Of a stretch of 64,000 nucleotides of DNA, positions 17,922 to 26,153 are shown piece by piece. The translations under genes and the position numbers were made by a program. How positions within the stretch are numbered: position 1 is the stretch's first letter; each line of letters opens with the position of its first letter. This stretch comes from an uncultured delta proteobacterium (GTDB taxonomy: Bacteria > Bdellovibrionota > FAC87 > UBA2466), in NCBI GenBank assembly GCA_963778115.1, contig CAVZSV010000007.1:293719-357718 (forward strand), read 5' to 3'. The notes beneath the pieces are model-generated. The model was not told where the DNA came from. It saw nothing but the letters and a program-made list of their open reading frames with translations, and did no database searches.

Positions 17922-19067
17922 GTGGCGTCTTCTCTCGATCTTATTTTAGTAGGAGGCGGGCTATCTAACGGCCTTTTCGCTTACGCGCTTTCGAAACTAC
18001 GGCCCGACGTCCGCTTTCTGTTGTTGGAAAAGCAGGATCGGCTCGGGGGATGCCACACGTGGTCGTTCCATGACTCGGACGTTTTGCCGGAGGCATCCTG
18101 GATTCGTCCGCTGATTTCGCAAAGCTGGCCGAGCCATCAGGTCTACTTTCCCAATTTACAGCGTCGCTTAAACTCGCCTTACCATTCGATCCGCTCGTCT
18201 GAGTTCCACGAGAAACTGATGGCACAGCTTGGCTCGTCCGTTCGGCTCAACACGCAAGTGGTGTCAGCCGATGACACCCGAGTGACACTCACTTCGGGCG
18301 AAGCGCTCACCGCGACGGCGGTTATCGACGGCCGCGGTTTTGTACAAGGAAGCGCTCGCTCGGCATTCCAGAAATTTGTCGGTTTGGATGTGAGGCTTGA
18401 AGCTCCTCACGGCTTGGCGGGGCCCATTCTTATTGATGCCACCGTACTTCAAGAAGATGGCTTTCGATTTTTCTATTGTCTTCCTTGGAGCGAAACCGAA
18501 TGCCTCATTGAAGATACTCATTATAGTGATACTTCCGACATCGATACCGAACGCTATTTGCAGAACATCCGAGGCTACGCGATTGCTAAAGGATGGAAGA
18601 TCGCAGAAGAGCGGGGACGCGAACAGGGCGCGCTTGCTATTCCGTTGCACAAAGCCGCTGCCGCAACCTCCGCCGGACCCATGGCGATGGGAACACGCGC
18701 CGGAAATTTTCACCCGACCACCGGATATTCTCTGCCAGACGCCGCCAGGCTTGTGAGCCAACTTATTCGACACCGCGAGTGGTCGCCTAACGTGCTGCGA
18801 CGGTCGATTTCGGAATATGGATTCTCTCGCCGATCGTCCAGAAGTTATTTTCGTTTCTTAAACCGCATGATGTTTTTCGGTGCCAAGCCCCAAAAGCGAT
18901 ATCGTATTCTGGAGCATTTTTATCGATTGCCCGATAGGATAATCCAAAGCTTTTACTCGGGGGAGATATCGCTGGGCGACGGACTTCGGATTCTTCTAGG
19001 AAAGCCACCGATTCCAGTCTACAAAGTGGCCCAAGCTATCGTAATCCCGGGATTCAATGCCAAATAA
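17922..19067 (+). CDS. crtY: lycopene beta-cyclase CrtY
   Basis: Near-collinear similarity to bacterial CrtY: DLILVGGGLSNGL FAD-binding N-terminus, GGCHTWSFH, IDGRG, LIEDTHY, FHPTTGYSLP, RILLGKPP. Confidence 0.85.
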   Translation: MASSLDLILVGGGLSNGLFAYALSKLRPDVRFLLLEKQDRLGGCHTWSFHDSDVLPEASWIRPLISQSWPSHQVYFPNLQRRLNSPYHSIRSSEFHEKLMAQLGSSVRLNTQVVSADDTRVTLTSGEALTATAVIDGRGFVQGSARSAFQKFVGLDVRLEAPHGLAGPILIDATVLQEDGFRFFYCLPWSETECLIEDTHYSDTSDIDTERYLQNIRGYAIAKGWKIAEERGREQGALAIPLHKAAAATSAGPMAMGTRAGNFHPTTGYSLPDAARLVSQLIRHREWSPNVLRRSISEYGFSRRSSRSYFRFLNRMMFFGAKPQKRYRILEHFYRLPDRIIQSFYSGEISLGDGLRILLGKPPIPVYKVAQAIVIPGFNAK

Positions 19068-19074
19068 ACGAAAT

Positions 19075-19098
19075 GGATTAGGATTAAGATTAAGACTA
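19075..19098. repeat. four tandem hexamers GGATTA GGATTA AGATTA AGACTA in the crtY-crtE spacer
   Basis: Read directly. A related attaagattaac string occurs at 26060-26075 in the recJ / M13-peptidase divergent promoter region. Confidence 0.7.
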
Positions 19099-19117
19099 GA
19101 TGAAGAGAAGGTGATGC

Positions 19118-20191
19118 ATGTCCGATAGTGAAGCCATTGAAGCATTTCTTCCCCAGGACGTCTCCGGTTTGTTAGATCTCATCGATTTGAAATTAGGCGC
19201 AGGAAAGACTGCGGAAGCCGAAAAGGAGCCCAGACACGTCATCGCAGCCCTTTTGAGCACGCATCTTCTGCGCCCCGTCACGGAATTCTTAGATAGGCCC
19301 GCGAAAGGAATTCGTGGGCAGCTGGTCGAAATTGGCTTCATCCTCGGCGGGCCTCGCGAACTTTCCTTAAACAGCACTGAAAAAGAACTCTGCCGGCGCG
19401 GTTCGGAACTGGTCGAGTCAATCCACGCCGGCTCTTTGGTCGTGGATGATATTCAAGACGACAGTCAGGTGCGTCGTGGTTCTCCCGCCCTTCATTTGCA
19501 ACACGGTGTCCCTTTAGCGATCAACGCCGGTAATTGGCTGTATTTCTGGCCGCTCGAGCGGCTCGAGAAGTGGAATCTCCCTCCGGCAGCCGAGTTAAGC
19601 ATTCACCGCGCATGTCACCGCGCCTTGGTGAGAGCTCATTTCGGACAAGCGCTGGATATCGGAACTCCCATCGATCAGATTCCTCAAGATAGGATCTCGC
19701 CGGTCTGTTTGGCTTCCTTAGAGTTAAAAACAGGGGCCCTTATGGGTCTCGCCACCGCGATCGGCTGCCTTTTGCGGGGAGGAGATTCCAAGCGGGTGGA
19801 GATGGTTCACGAGTTCGGTGTCAGATTTGGGGTGGCACTTCAAATGTTTGATGACATCGGAAATCTAAAAGCGACTCGCGAAAACGATCCGAAACAGTAT
19901 GAAGATCTCCGTCTTAAACGACCCTCCTGGATTTGGTCGGTGGCTTCAAAGTACTTGGATGAAGCTGACTTCGCCTCGTTTCGCAAGAGTGTCAACCAGC
20001 TTCCCAATACCACCCCTCTGCATGAGTGGTTGCAATTAAACCCACTACTCACCCAGGCCAGGCTTGAAGCGACTCTTTACCTTGAAGACTGCTTAAGACG
20101 ACTTGAAGAAGGGGTTGAAGAATCGGCTTTCCGCAAGACTCTCTCCACGGTGGAGGAGATCGCAGAGACCCTCACCACATCGTATGGCTGA
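19118..20191 (+). CDS. polyprenyl diphosphate synthase (CrtE/GGPP synthase-like trans-isoprenyl transferase)
   Basis: First Asp-rich motif VVDDIQDDSQVRRG and second motif FDDIGN, with an RBS gaagagaagg upstream. Placement between crtY and crtI/B supports a CrtE role. Confidence 0.65.
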   Translation: MSDSEAIEAFLPQDVSGLLDLIDLKLGAGKTAEAEKEPRHVIAALLSTHLLRPVTEFLDRPAKGIRGQLVEIGFILGGPRELSLNSTEKELCRRGSELVESIHAGSLVVDDIQDDSQVRRGSPALHLQHGVPLAINAGNWLYFWPLERLEKWNLPPAAELSIHRACHRALVRAHFGQALDIGTPIDQIPQDRISPVCLASLELKTGALMGLATAIGCLLRGGDSKRVEMVHEFGVRFGVALQMFDDIGNLKATRENDPKQYEDLRLKRPSWIWSVASKYLDEADFASFRKSVNQLPNTTPLHEWLQLNPLLTQARLEATLYLEDCLRRLEEGVEESAFRKTLSTVEEIAETLTTSYG

Positions 20192-22643
20192 TCCGAAGAA
20201 AAAAATTGCGGTCATCGGAAGTGGGTTTGGCGGATTAGCCACTGCGATTCGCCTTCAGGCGGCTGGCTGCGACGTCACCATTTTTGAAAAAAGAGATCTC
20301 CCCGGAGGACGGGCCTACGTTTACCACGATAGTGGTTTTACTTTTGACGCTGGACCTACCGTCATCACGGCTCCTCACTGTTTGGAAGAGCTTTTCACCG
20401 TTTGCGGCCGCAAAATGGAAGACTACGTGGAGCTTGTCCCCCTTTCGCCTATGTATCGACTCTGCTGGGAAGATGGGGATCGCTTCGATTATAGTCACGA
20501 CCTTAAGACAACCGTCACCCAAATCGAGAAGCGGTCCTTAGAAGATGCCAGAAATTACGAACGCTTTCTCGATTACAGTCGAGAGGTTTTTGAAGCGGGC
20601 TACACCGAACTTGCTAGTGTTCCTTTTCTCAATTGGGGAAGCATGATCCGCGCTTCGCCTGAGCTATTGCGACTGAATGCTTTTCGCTCCGTCTATGGAG
20701 TAGTTTCAAAATATATTAAAGATCCCCATCTCAGGCAGGCCTTTAGTTTTCATTCCCTGCTGGTAGGAGGCAATCCCTATAGTACGTCCGCCATTTACAC
20801 TTTGATCCACTATCTGGAGAAAAAATGGGGAGTCTTTTTCCCCAAGGGGGGAACTCACGCCTTGGTCACAGCCTTGGTTCGTCTCTTTGAGGAGATGGGG
20901 GGACATATCGTTTACGGTGATGGGGTAACCGCCATTCGGACGGACCAAGGAAAAGTGACGGGTGTCGCCACCACGAAAATTGAATTCACTCCCTGTGATG
21001 CCGTAGTCAGCAATGCCGACGTTAATCGAACTTATGTAGATCTTCTTCGCAAAGAGCCCCGTGTCGAAAGAACACGGCGGCGCATCGAGGCAATGAGCTA
21101 TAGTCCGTCACTTTTTGTTATCTATTTTGGAACCAACCAAAAATATCCCGACGTAGCCCATCACAATATTCTCTTTGGAAATCGTTACCGCGAACTTTTG
21201 GCCGATATTTACGATAAGGGCATTCTAGCTGACGATTTTTCGCTTTATCTGCACGCACCGACTCGCACCGATCCGTCACTTGCCCCTGAGGGCTGTGATA
21301 CCTTTTATGCGCTTTCTCCCGTCCCTCATTTGGAAAAATCGACGACCGATTGGAATACCGAGGGGCCAAGGTACGCCGATCGTATTTTGGATTACTTAGA
21401 AAAGCATTACTTGCCCGATCTGAAGAGCCACATCGTCACGCGAAGAATCTTTAGCCCTTTGGATTTCAAAAATGAACTCAACGCTTATGCCGGCTCTGCT
21501 TTTTCACTGGAACCTTTACTTACTCAAAGCGCTTATTTCCGCGCGCACAATCGAGATTCAGCAATTCGCGGGCTCTATTTGGTAGGTGCCGGTACCCATC
21601 CCGGAGCTGGAATTCCCGGAGTCGTAAATTCAGCCAAAGCTACCTCAGGGCTCGTATTAGAGGATTTACTTCCCAAGCCGGCGATCGTTCGTCACAGTCC
21701 CGCGGCGAGTCTTGAAGAAAAAAGAGCCCTCGAAAAATGCCGCGAGATGATTCGAGTGGGCTCTAAGAGTTTCTCATTCGCTTCCAGACTTTTCAGCCGC
21801 CCCATTCGAGATGCCGCCTGCTTTCTTTATGGCTGGTGCCGGTACTGTGATGACCAGATCGATCTTATCGAGGACTCCCAAACTCAGCAGGAGAGGCTCT
21901 CCGAGTTGGTCGCCTCCACAAGAGTGGCGTTTGAAGAAGAAAGCGCTCCGCTGCCCGAAGTGTTCGTAGCGTTGCGCTACATCGCTCGCCAGTACGAGAT
22001 TCCCGCCTTTTATGCGACGGAGCTATTGGAAGGATTAAGAATGGATCTCCGTCGGACTCAATACCGTACGTTGGATGAATTGACTCTCTACGGGTACCGG
22101 GTCGCCGGAACCGTAGGTCTTATGATGTCTCACGTCATGGGAGTTACCGACGAGCGGGCCTTAAAGCATGCCGCTGACTTGGGGATAGCCATGCAGCTGA
22201 GTAACATTGCCCGAGATGTTGTGGAAGATTTCCAAATGGGGCGCGTTTATCTCCCCCTGGAGTGGTTGGAGAAAGCTAGAGTGCCCGCATTTGAATTGGC
22301 GGAAATCAAGTATCGCGATGGCTTGGCACGTGTCGTAGCGCAACTTTTAGATAGCGCCGACGGCTACTACCGGTCGGGAAATCGGGGACTGAGGTATCTT
22401 CCTTTGAGAAGCGCACTCGCCGTCGCCATGGCAAGTTCGGTCTATGCCAAAATCGGACACTTGGTTCGCAAGAAAGGACCCAGGGCCTGGGACCGACGGA
22501 CCTACGTTCCCCTCTGGAGAAAATGTTTTTCGCTGGTTCGCGGAGTTTTCTTGGTGGCCTTGACACTTCCCTATCGATTGGAGCAACGTCGTAAACCTAT
22601 TCCATTACTCCGGCTGTGTCGACATACTCCAGGAGAATTTTGA
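20184..22643 (+). CDS. crtIB: phytoene desaturase CrtI fused in a single ORF to phytoene synthase CrtB
   Basis: The N-terminal ~500 aa are collinear with CrtI (KKIAVIGSGFGGLATAIRLQAAG ... GAGTHPGAGIPGVVNSAKATSGLVLEDL). A 15-20 aa linker follows, then CrtB (VGSKSFSFASRLF, YGWCRYCDDQID, AGTVGLMM, ARDVVED). The ATG at 20184 overlaps the crtE stop (ATGGCTGA). Confidence 0.85.
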   Translation: MADPKKKIAVIGSGFGGLATAIRLQAAGCDVTIFEKRDLPGGRAYVYHDSGFTFDAGPTVITAPHCLEELFTVCGRKMEDYVELVPLSPMYRLCWEDGDRFDYSHDLKTTVTQIEKRSLEDARNYERFLDYSREVFEAGYTELASVPFLNWGSMIRASPELLRLNAFRSVYGVVSKYIKDPHLRQAFSFHSLLVGGNPYSTSAIYTLIHYLEKKWGVFFPKGGTHALVTALVRLFEEMGGHIVYGDGVTAIRTDQGKVTGVATTKIEFTPCDAVVSNADVNRTYVDLLRKEPRVERTRRRIEAMSYSPSLFVIYFGTNQKYPDVAHHNILFGNRYRELLADIYDKGILADDFSLYLHAPTRTDPSLAPEGCDTFYALSPVPHLEKSTTDWNTEGPRYADRILDYLEKHYLPDLKSHIVTRRIFSPLDFKNELNAYAGSAFSLEPLLTQSAYFRAHNRDSAIRGLYLVGAGTHPGAGIPGVVNSAKATSGLVLEDLLPKPAIVRHSPAASLEEKRALEKCREMIRVGSKSFSFASRLFSRPIRDAACFLYGWCRYCDDQIDLIEDSQTQQERLSELVASTRVAFEEESAPLPEVFVALRYIARQYEIPAFYATELLEGLRMDLRRTQYRTLDELTLYGYRVAGTVGLMMSHVMGVTDERALKHAADLGIAMQLSNIARDVVEDFQMGRVYLPLEWLEKARVPAFELAEIKYRDGLARVVAQLLDSADGYYRSGNRGLRYLPLRSALAVAMASSVYAKIGHLVRKKGPRAWDRRTYVPLWRKCFSLVRGVFLVALTLPYRLEQRRKPIPLLRLCRHTPGEF

Positions 22644-23230
22644 TGTCGACACTTCCTAACCGCTCTTTCTTAGAAGATGCGTGGCTCTATCTTTGCCGCA
22701 TCAACACGTTTGAAAGAACGGATTGGAATGTCTACTTCGCCTGGGTAGGACTGATGCTGGGGCTTCTCATTGCAGTGTCGGGCTTTGTGCTTAGCGGATA
22801 CCTCCGGGGAGTCCATTATCCCGACTATGTGTGGAACGTCCCTGTGGGGACCTTTATTTTTATCATCGCCATCGCTTTTGATACGATAGGACATCGCACG
22901 GTTTACAAAGAAGCTCTAAAGAGTGGAGAATCGCTCATTCATCACATCACCATTGCGGCAGGTATCTCTAGTTGCATGCTCCTATGTCTGGCGTATTACC
23001 ACCGATCCTTCTTTACCATCCCTGCTCTCTGTCTTGTGGCGCTATCGATTTTCTATAGTGTTATCGACGAGGCAATGCACTGGTTCCGCTATTACTCAGG
23101 CAAATCCGATCGCATAGAAATGTGGAGCCATTTCTTCATCTTCGTGGGCCATACGATCATGATCGTTAGCTGGAGCTACTGGCTTTTGCAGGGCTATCCC
23201 GGCGTAGCTGAAACTCTTCGCCTCCTCTAA
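22643..23230 (+). CDS. polytopic membrane protein with conserved His residues, translationally coupled (TGATG) to crtIB; candidate carotenoid-modifying enzyme
   Basis: 195 aa with 5-6 hydrophobic helices and His at IGHRT, IHHIT, AMHWF and VGHTIM. It matches neither CrtZ nor CrtW motifs. Confidence 0.5.
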   Translation: MSTLPNRSFLEDAWLYLCRINTFERTDWNVYFAWVGLMLGLLIAVSGFVLSGYLRGVHYPDYVWNVPVGTFIFIIAIAFDTIGHRTVYKEALKSGESLIHHITIAAGISSCMLLCLAYYHRSFFTIPALCLVALSIFYSVIDEAMHWFRYYSGKSDRIEMWSHFFIFVGHTIMIVSWSYWLLQGYPGVAETLRLL

Positions 23231-24005
23231 GGTGTCACTCTCCTTGCGGGCCCAAAAGGTACGGGTCACGTAAAGGACGAACTCCATAGGAGTGGATAAG
23301 CAGGTCCAGATCCCTCCTTACCGTGTTTGAGCGGGAAAACCTAAAATGGGATCCTCGCAACCCCCTAGAAATGAGGATTTCCTGCTCCTTCGGGGTCGGC
23401 AGATTGAGCCACCGAAGCTTTTCTTCTGGCGAGCGAGGAATCAACGACCAATATCTGTCCACACCCTCGACAAGGGGAATATCATATCTGCCCTCTACCA
23501 TTTGGGTAAGACTACTATAGCGATAGGCTTCGACTTGAGACGCCAAGCCCGCCCTTACGGGATTTCGATAGACATACTTATATACATAGGCCACCGAATA
23601 GGCGCTATCGAGAATGGTTTGGCTCGATCGTCCCCCGAAAATATGATTGATCCTGCTCGACTCGTATTTTATTCGTCGGGCAGTTTCAGTAAGAAAATGG
23701 CGCAAGAACCTGTCCAAGTTTTCTAGGGGGGTTCGTACCATCATGTGAAAGTGATTCGACATGAGTACGAAGCTATGGATCCAGACCGAAAACCGGTCTG
23801 CGGAGTCCGAAAGCTGGTCACAGAAAATTGCCCATACTATCGGCAAGGGCACGTCGAACCACTCTTTGTTATTGCATCTATTTGTTATGTGATAAGGAAA
23901 TTCGCTTACCGCGATGAATTTTTTTCGAGGCATGCCTCTTCGTATTTCAAGACTCGTTCCAACGGAATGACCCGTACCTTTTGGGCCCGGAAGGAGAGTG
24001 ACACC
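23231..24005. mobile_element. REP-RAYT-REP unit: Y1 HUH transposase gene flanked by 38-bp inverted repeats
   Basis: Left repeat 23231-23268 ggtgtcactctccttgcgggcccaaaaggtacgggtca. Right repeat 23968-24005 is its reverse complement with 1 mismatch (G/C). Confidence 0.7.
23235..23933 (-). CDS. REP-associated tyrosine transposase (RAYT; IS200/IS605-like Y1 HUH transposase)
   Basis: HUH motif SNHFHMMV and catalytic Tyr region YVYRNPVRAGL, in the 232-aa COG1943-like architecture. Confidence 0.75.
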   Translation of the reverse strand: MPRKKFIAVSEFPYHITNRCNNKEWFDVPLPIVWAIFCDQLSDSADRFSVWIHSFVLMSNHFHMMVRTPLENLDRFLRHFLTETARRIKYESSRINHIFGGRSSQTILDSAYSVAYVYKYVYRNPVRAGLASQVEAYRYSSLTQMVEGRYDIPLVEGVDRYWSLIPRSPEEKLRWLNLPTPKEQEILISRGLRGSHFRFSRSNTVRRDLDLLIHSYGVRPLRDPYLLGPQGE

Positions 24006-24007
24006 CT

Positions 24008-24313
24008 TTAATCATCCGACTCCCAGTCCAACTCTCGAGGTACCCAAAGCTCTTCCTGATTCTCATCGGAGAGGCCATTTGACATTGTGATCTCTTTGGA
24101 AAGCCTTTCAAATTCCTCATCACAGGACTGAGAAATCCAGTCCGATTCGGCGGAAAGTGCCAAGGAACCGGCATTTGAAAAATGGCGCATTTTACGGTGA
24201 TTCATGAGTGCTCCTTTCTGTCTAAGAAGACGTAAATTCGTAGTGAATGTGACAAGTATACTTCGGCAGAAAAGAAAAAAGATCAAAGCCCCCCAAGAAA
24301 GTACAGTCGGCAT
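24008..24313 (-). CDS. small hypothetical acidic protein
   Basis: ORF abutting the right REP. Its C-terminus is very acidic (ELWVPRELDWESDD). The true start may be an internal Met. Confidence 0.3.
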   Translation of the reverse strand: MPTVLSWGALIFFLFCRSILVTFTTNLRLLRQKGALMNHRKMRHFSNAGSLALSAESDWISQSCDEEFERLSKEITMSNGLSDENQEELWVPRELDWESDD

Positions 24314-24336
24314 TAACAGGGGTTACGGACGGCTCG

Positions 24337-25989
24337 TCACAATTGGTAGTCCACCCCAAAAAGCTGGACCGTGGTTCGGCCCTGGTAAGTGTTTCGCGAC
24401 AGCGTCACTAGAAACGAAAGCTCCCTATTTATCGGCAGGTCTTCCAATACTTCATTGAAAAACATTATCTTTTGCGTTCCGCCGCGCGGCCCCAAGGTCA
24501 AGACCGCGGTATGCCGCTTCTCGCCGGTAGCTTTATCCTTGTAGAATTCAACGCCGCTTACGGATGCCTGAAATCGAAATCGAGGCTCCTCAAAGCCATG
24601 GCCATAGGGCTTAAGATCATCGAGCCTGTCTATTAACGACAGGTCAATCCACTCAGCTTTCAGGTCACAGTCAAATTCAGCTCTGCTGTCCCACTGGATG
24701 GGCTTTGAGTCACGAATTTTTTGAGCCTGAGCTATCAAGCGAGTTCGGATCTCTTCTTCACGATTAAGATCAAAGGTAAATCCTCCTGCGGCGCGATGGC
24801 CTCCAAACTTCAGAAACCTTTCAGATGACTCCTGCATCGCATCGGTGACATCAAACCCGGGTATAGAGCGAGCGGAACCTTTACCTTGTCCCGCCAGTCG
24901 CTGAAAAAGCCACGTCGGCTTCCAAAAGTGCTCCGCAATTTTACTGGCTGCAATTCCTACAACCCCCGGATGCCAATCCGCATGCCCTAGAAATAAGATG
25001 GGATCGTTTTCGTAAAGTGCCGCCTGAAGCTTCGCCTCCGCTACAATTTTCCCTTGGATTTTTTTCCGTTCGTCATTGCAGCGCCCCATATGATCGATAA
25101 GAACGTCGGGATATTCGGTTACAAAAGCCTCGATCACCCTATCGGCGTGGCCTAATCTTCCCACCGCGTTGATGCGCGGCCCAAGTCGGAAACCCACATC
25201 TTTTTCATCGGCATTTCCTGAGAGGGAAGCCGAGCGTAAAAGCCTTTTGATAATGGGCCGTTGACTCTTTAGTAGCCCCTCCACGCCCAAACGCGCCAGA
25301 CGGTGGTTAACCCGATTAAGGGGAACAACATCGCAAATGGTCGCCATTCCTGCCAGCGCCAGCAAATCAGTCCACAACGTTTGGGGAACCGCAAACTCCT
25401 GCGCCAATCGACGCAACAGCACAAAGGTAATGCCGCATCCGCAAAGTTCCTGGTAATCGGGGTTGGGATGCAGCTTGGGATTAAGAATCGTGCAATCGGG
25501 CATCTTTTCCAATTGGATCTTATGGTGATCCGTACAGACAAAGTCCACCCCGCGACTCTTGCAGTACTCGGCCTCTGCATTTGCGGTGATTCCGGTATCC
25601 ATCGTAATCACAAGCTCAGCGCGTTCGATTTCGATCAAATTTCGAATCGCCGTTAGATTAACGCCGTACCCCTCTTTGAACCGGCAGGGAATGTAGTGAA
25701 CAAAATTCTCATAGCGCAACGCCTTAAGAAACCAGATCCAGCTTACACAACTCATCGTTCCGTCAACGTCATAATCGGCGTAAAGCGCAATACGTTTCTG
25801 ACTTCGAATCGCTCTGGAGACGACGTCGATGACCCGCTCTAGTCCGTGATCGCCGTACTCTAATTTGTCGATGGGAACGAAAGTGCGGTTGGCGAGTACT
25901 GTTTGAATGACGGAATCTCCCGAGACGGGCAGTTGCTGACCCTCTCGATCGGAGGTGCGGCAGATCCAATGCTTAAATTTTTTTCCCAT
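24337..25989 (-). CDS. recJ: single-stranded-DNA-specific exonuclease RecJ
   Basis: DHH family motifs ALYADYDVDGTMS, DHH and GGH; about 550 aa. Confidence 0.85.
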   Translation of the reverse strand: MGKKFKHWICRTSDREGQQLPVSGDSVIQTVLANRTFVPIDKLEYGDHGLERVIDVVSRAIRSQKRIALYADYDVDGTMSCVSWIWFLKALRYENFVHYIPCRFKEGYGVNLTAIRNLIEIERAELVITMDTGITANAEAEYCKSRGVDFVCTDHHKIQLEKMPDCTILNPKLHPNPDYQELCGCGITFVLLRRLAQEFAVPQTLWTDLLALAGMATICDVVPLNRVNHRLARLGVEGLLKSQRPIIKRLLRSASLSGNADEKDVGFRLGPRINAVGRLGHADRVIEAFVTEYPDVLIDHMGRCNDERKKIQGKIVAEAKLQAALYENDPILFLGHADWHPGVVGIAASKIAEHFWKPTWLFQRLAGQGKGSARSIPGFDVTDAMQESSERFLKFGGHRAAGGFTFDLNREEEIRTRLIAQAQKIRDSKPIQWDSRAEFDCDLKAEWIDLSLIDRLDDLKPYGHGFEEPRFRFQASVSGVEFYKDKATGEKRHTAVLTLGPRGGTQKIMFFNEVLEDLPINRELSFLVTLSRNTYQGRTTVQLFGVDYQL

Positions 25990-26153
25990 CCCGTTTCCTT
26001 CCGTGTCTTCAGCTTAATGTGTGGGGGTGGGGTTGTTCAACCGATTAAGAATTAACCTTAAAATTAAGATTAACATTACCTTTAACTTTAACCTCATAGC
26101 TACCATTAACCTTCCCCCTAAGCGTCAACGACAGTTGTCATCGCGTCCCAGAT

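Noticed and set aside
18264-18773. 169-aa antisense ORF within crtY, and similar antisense ORFs in uvrB and recJ (30504..30923, 25303..25656)
   Set aside because: They lie opposite strongly motif-supported genes. No independent evidence.
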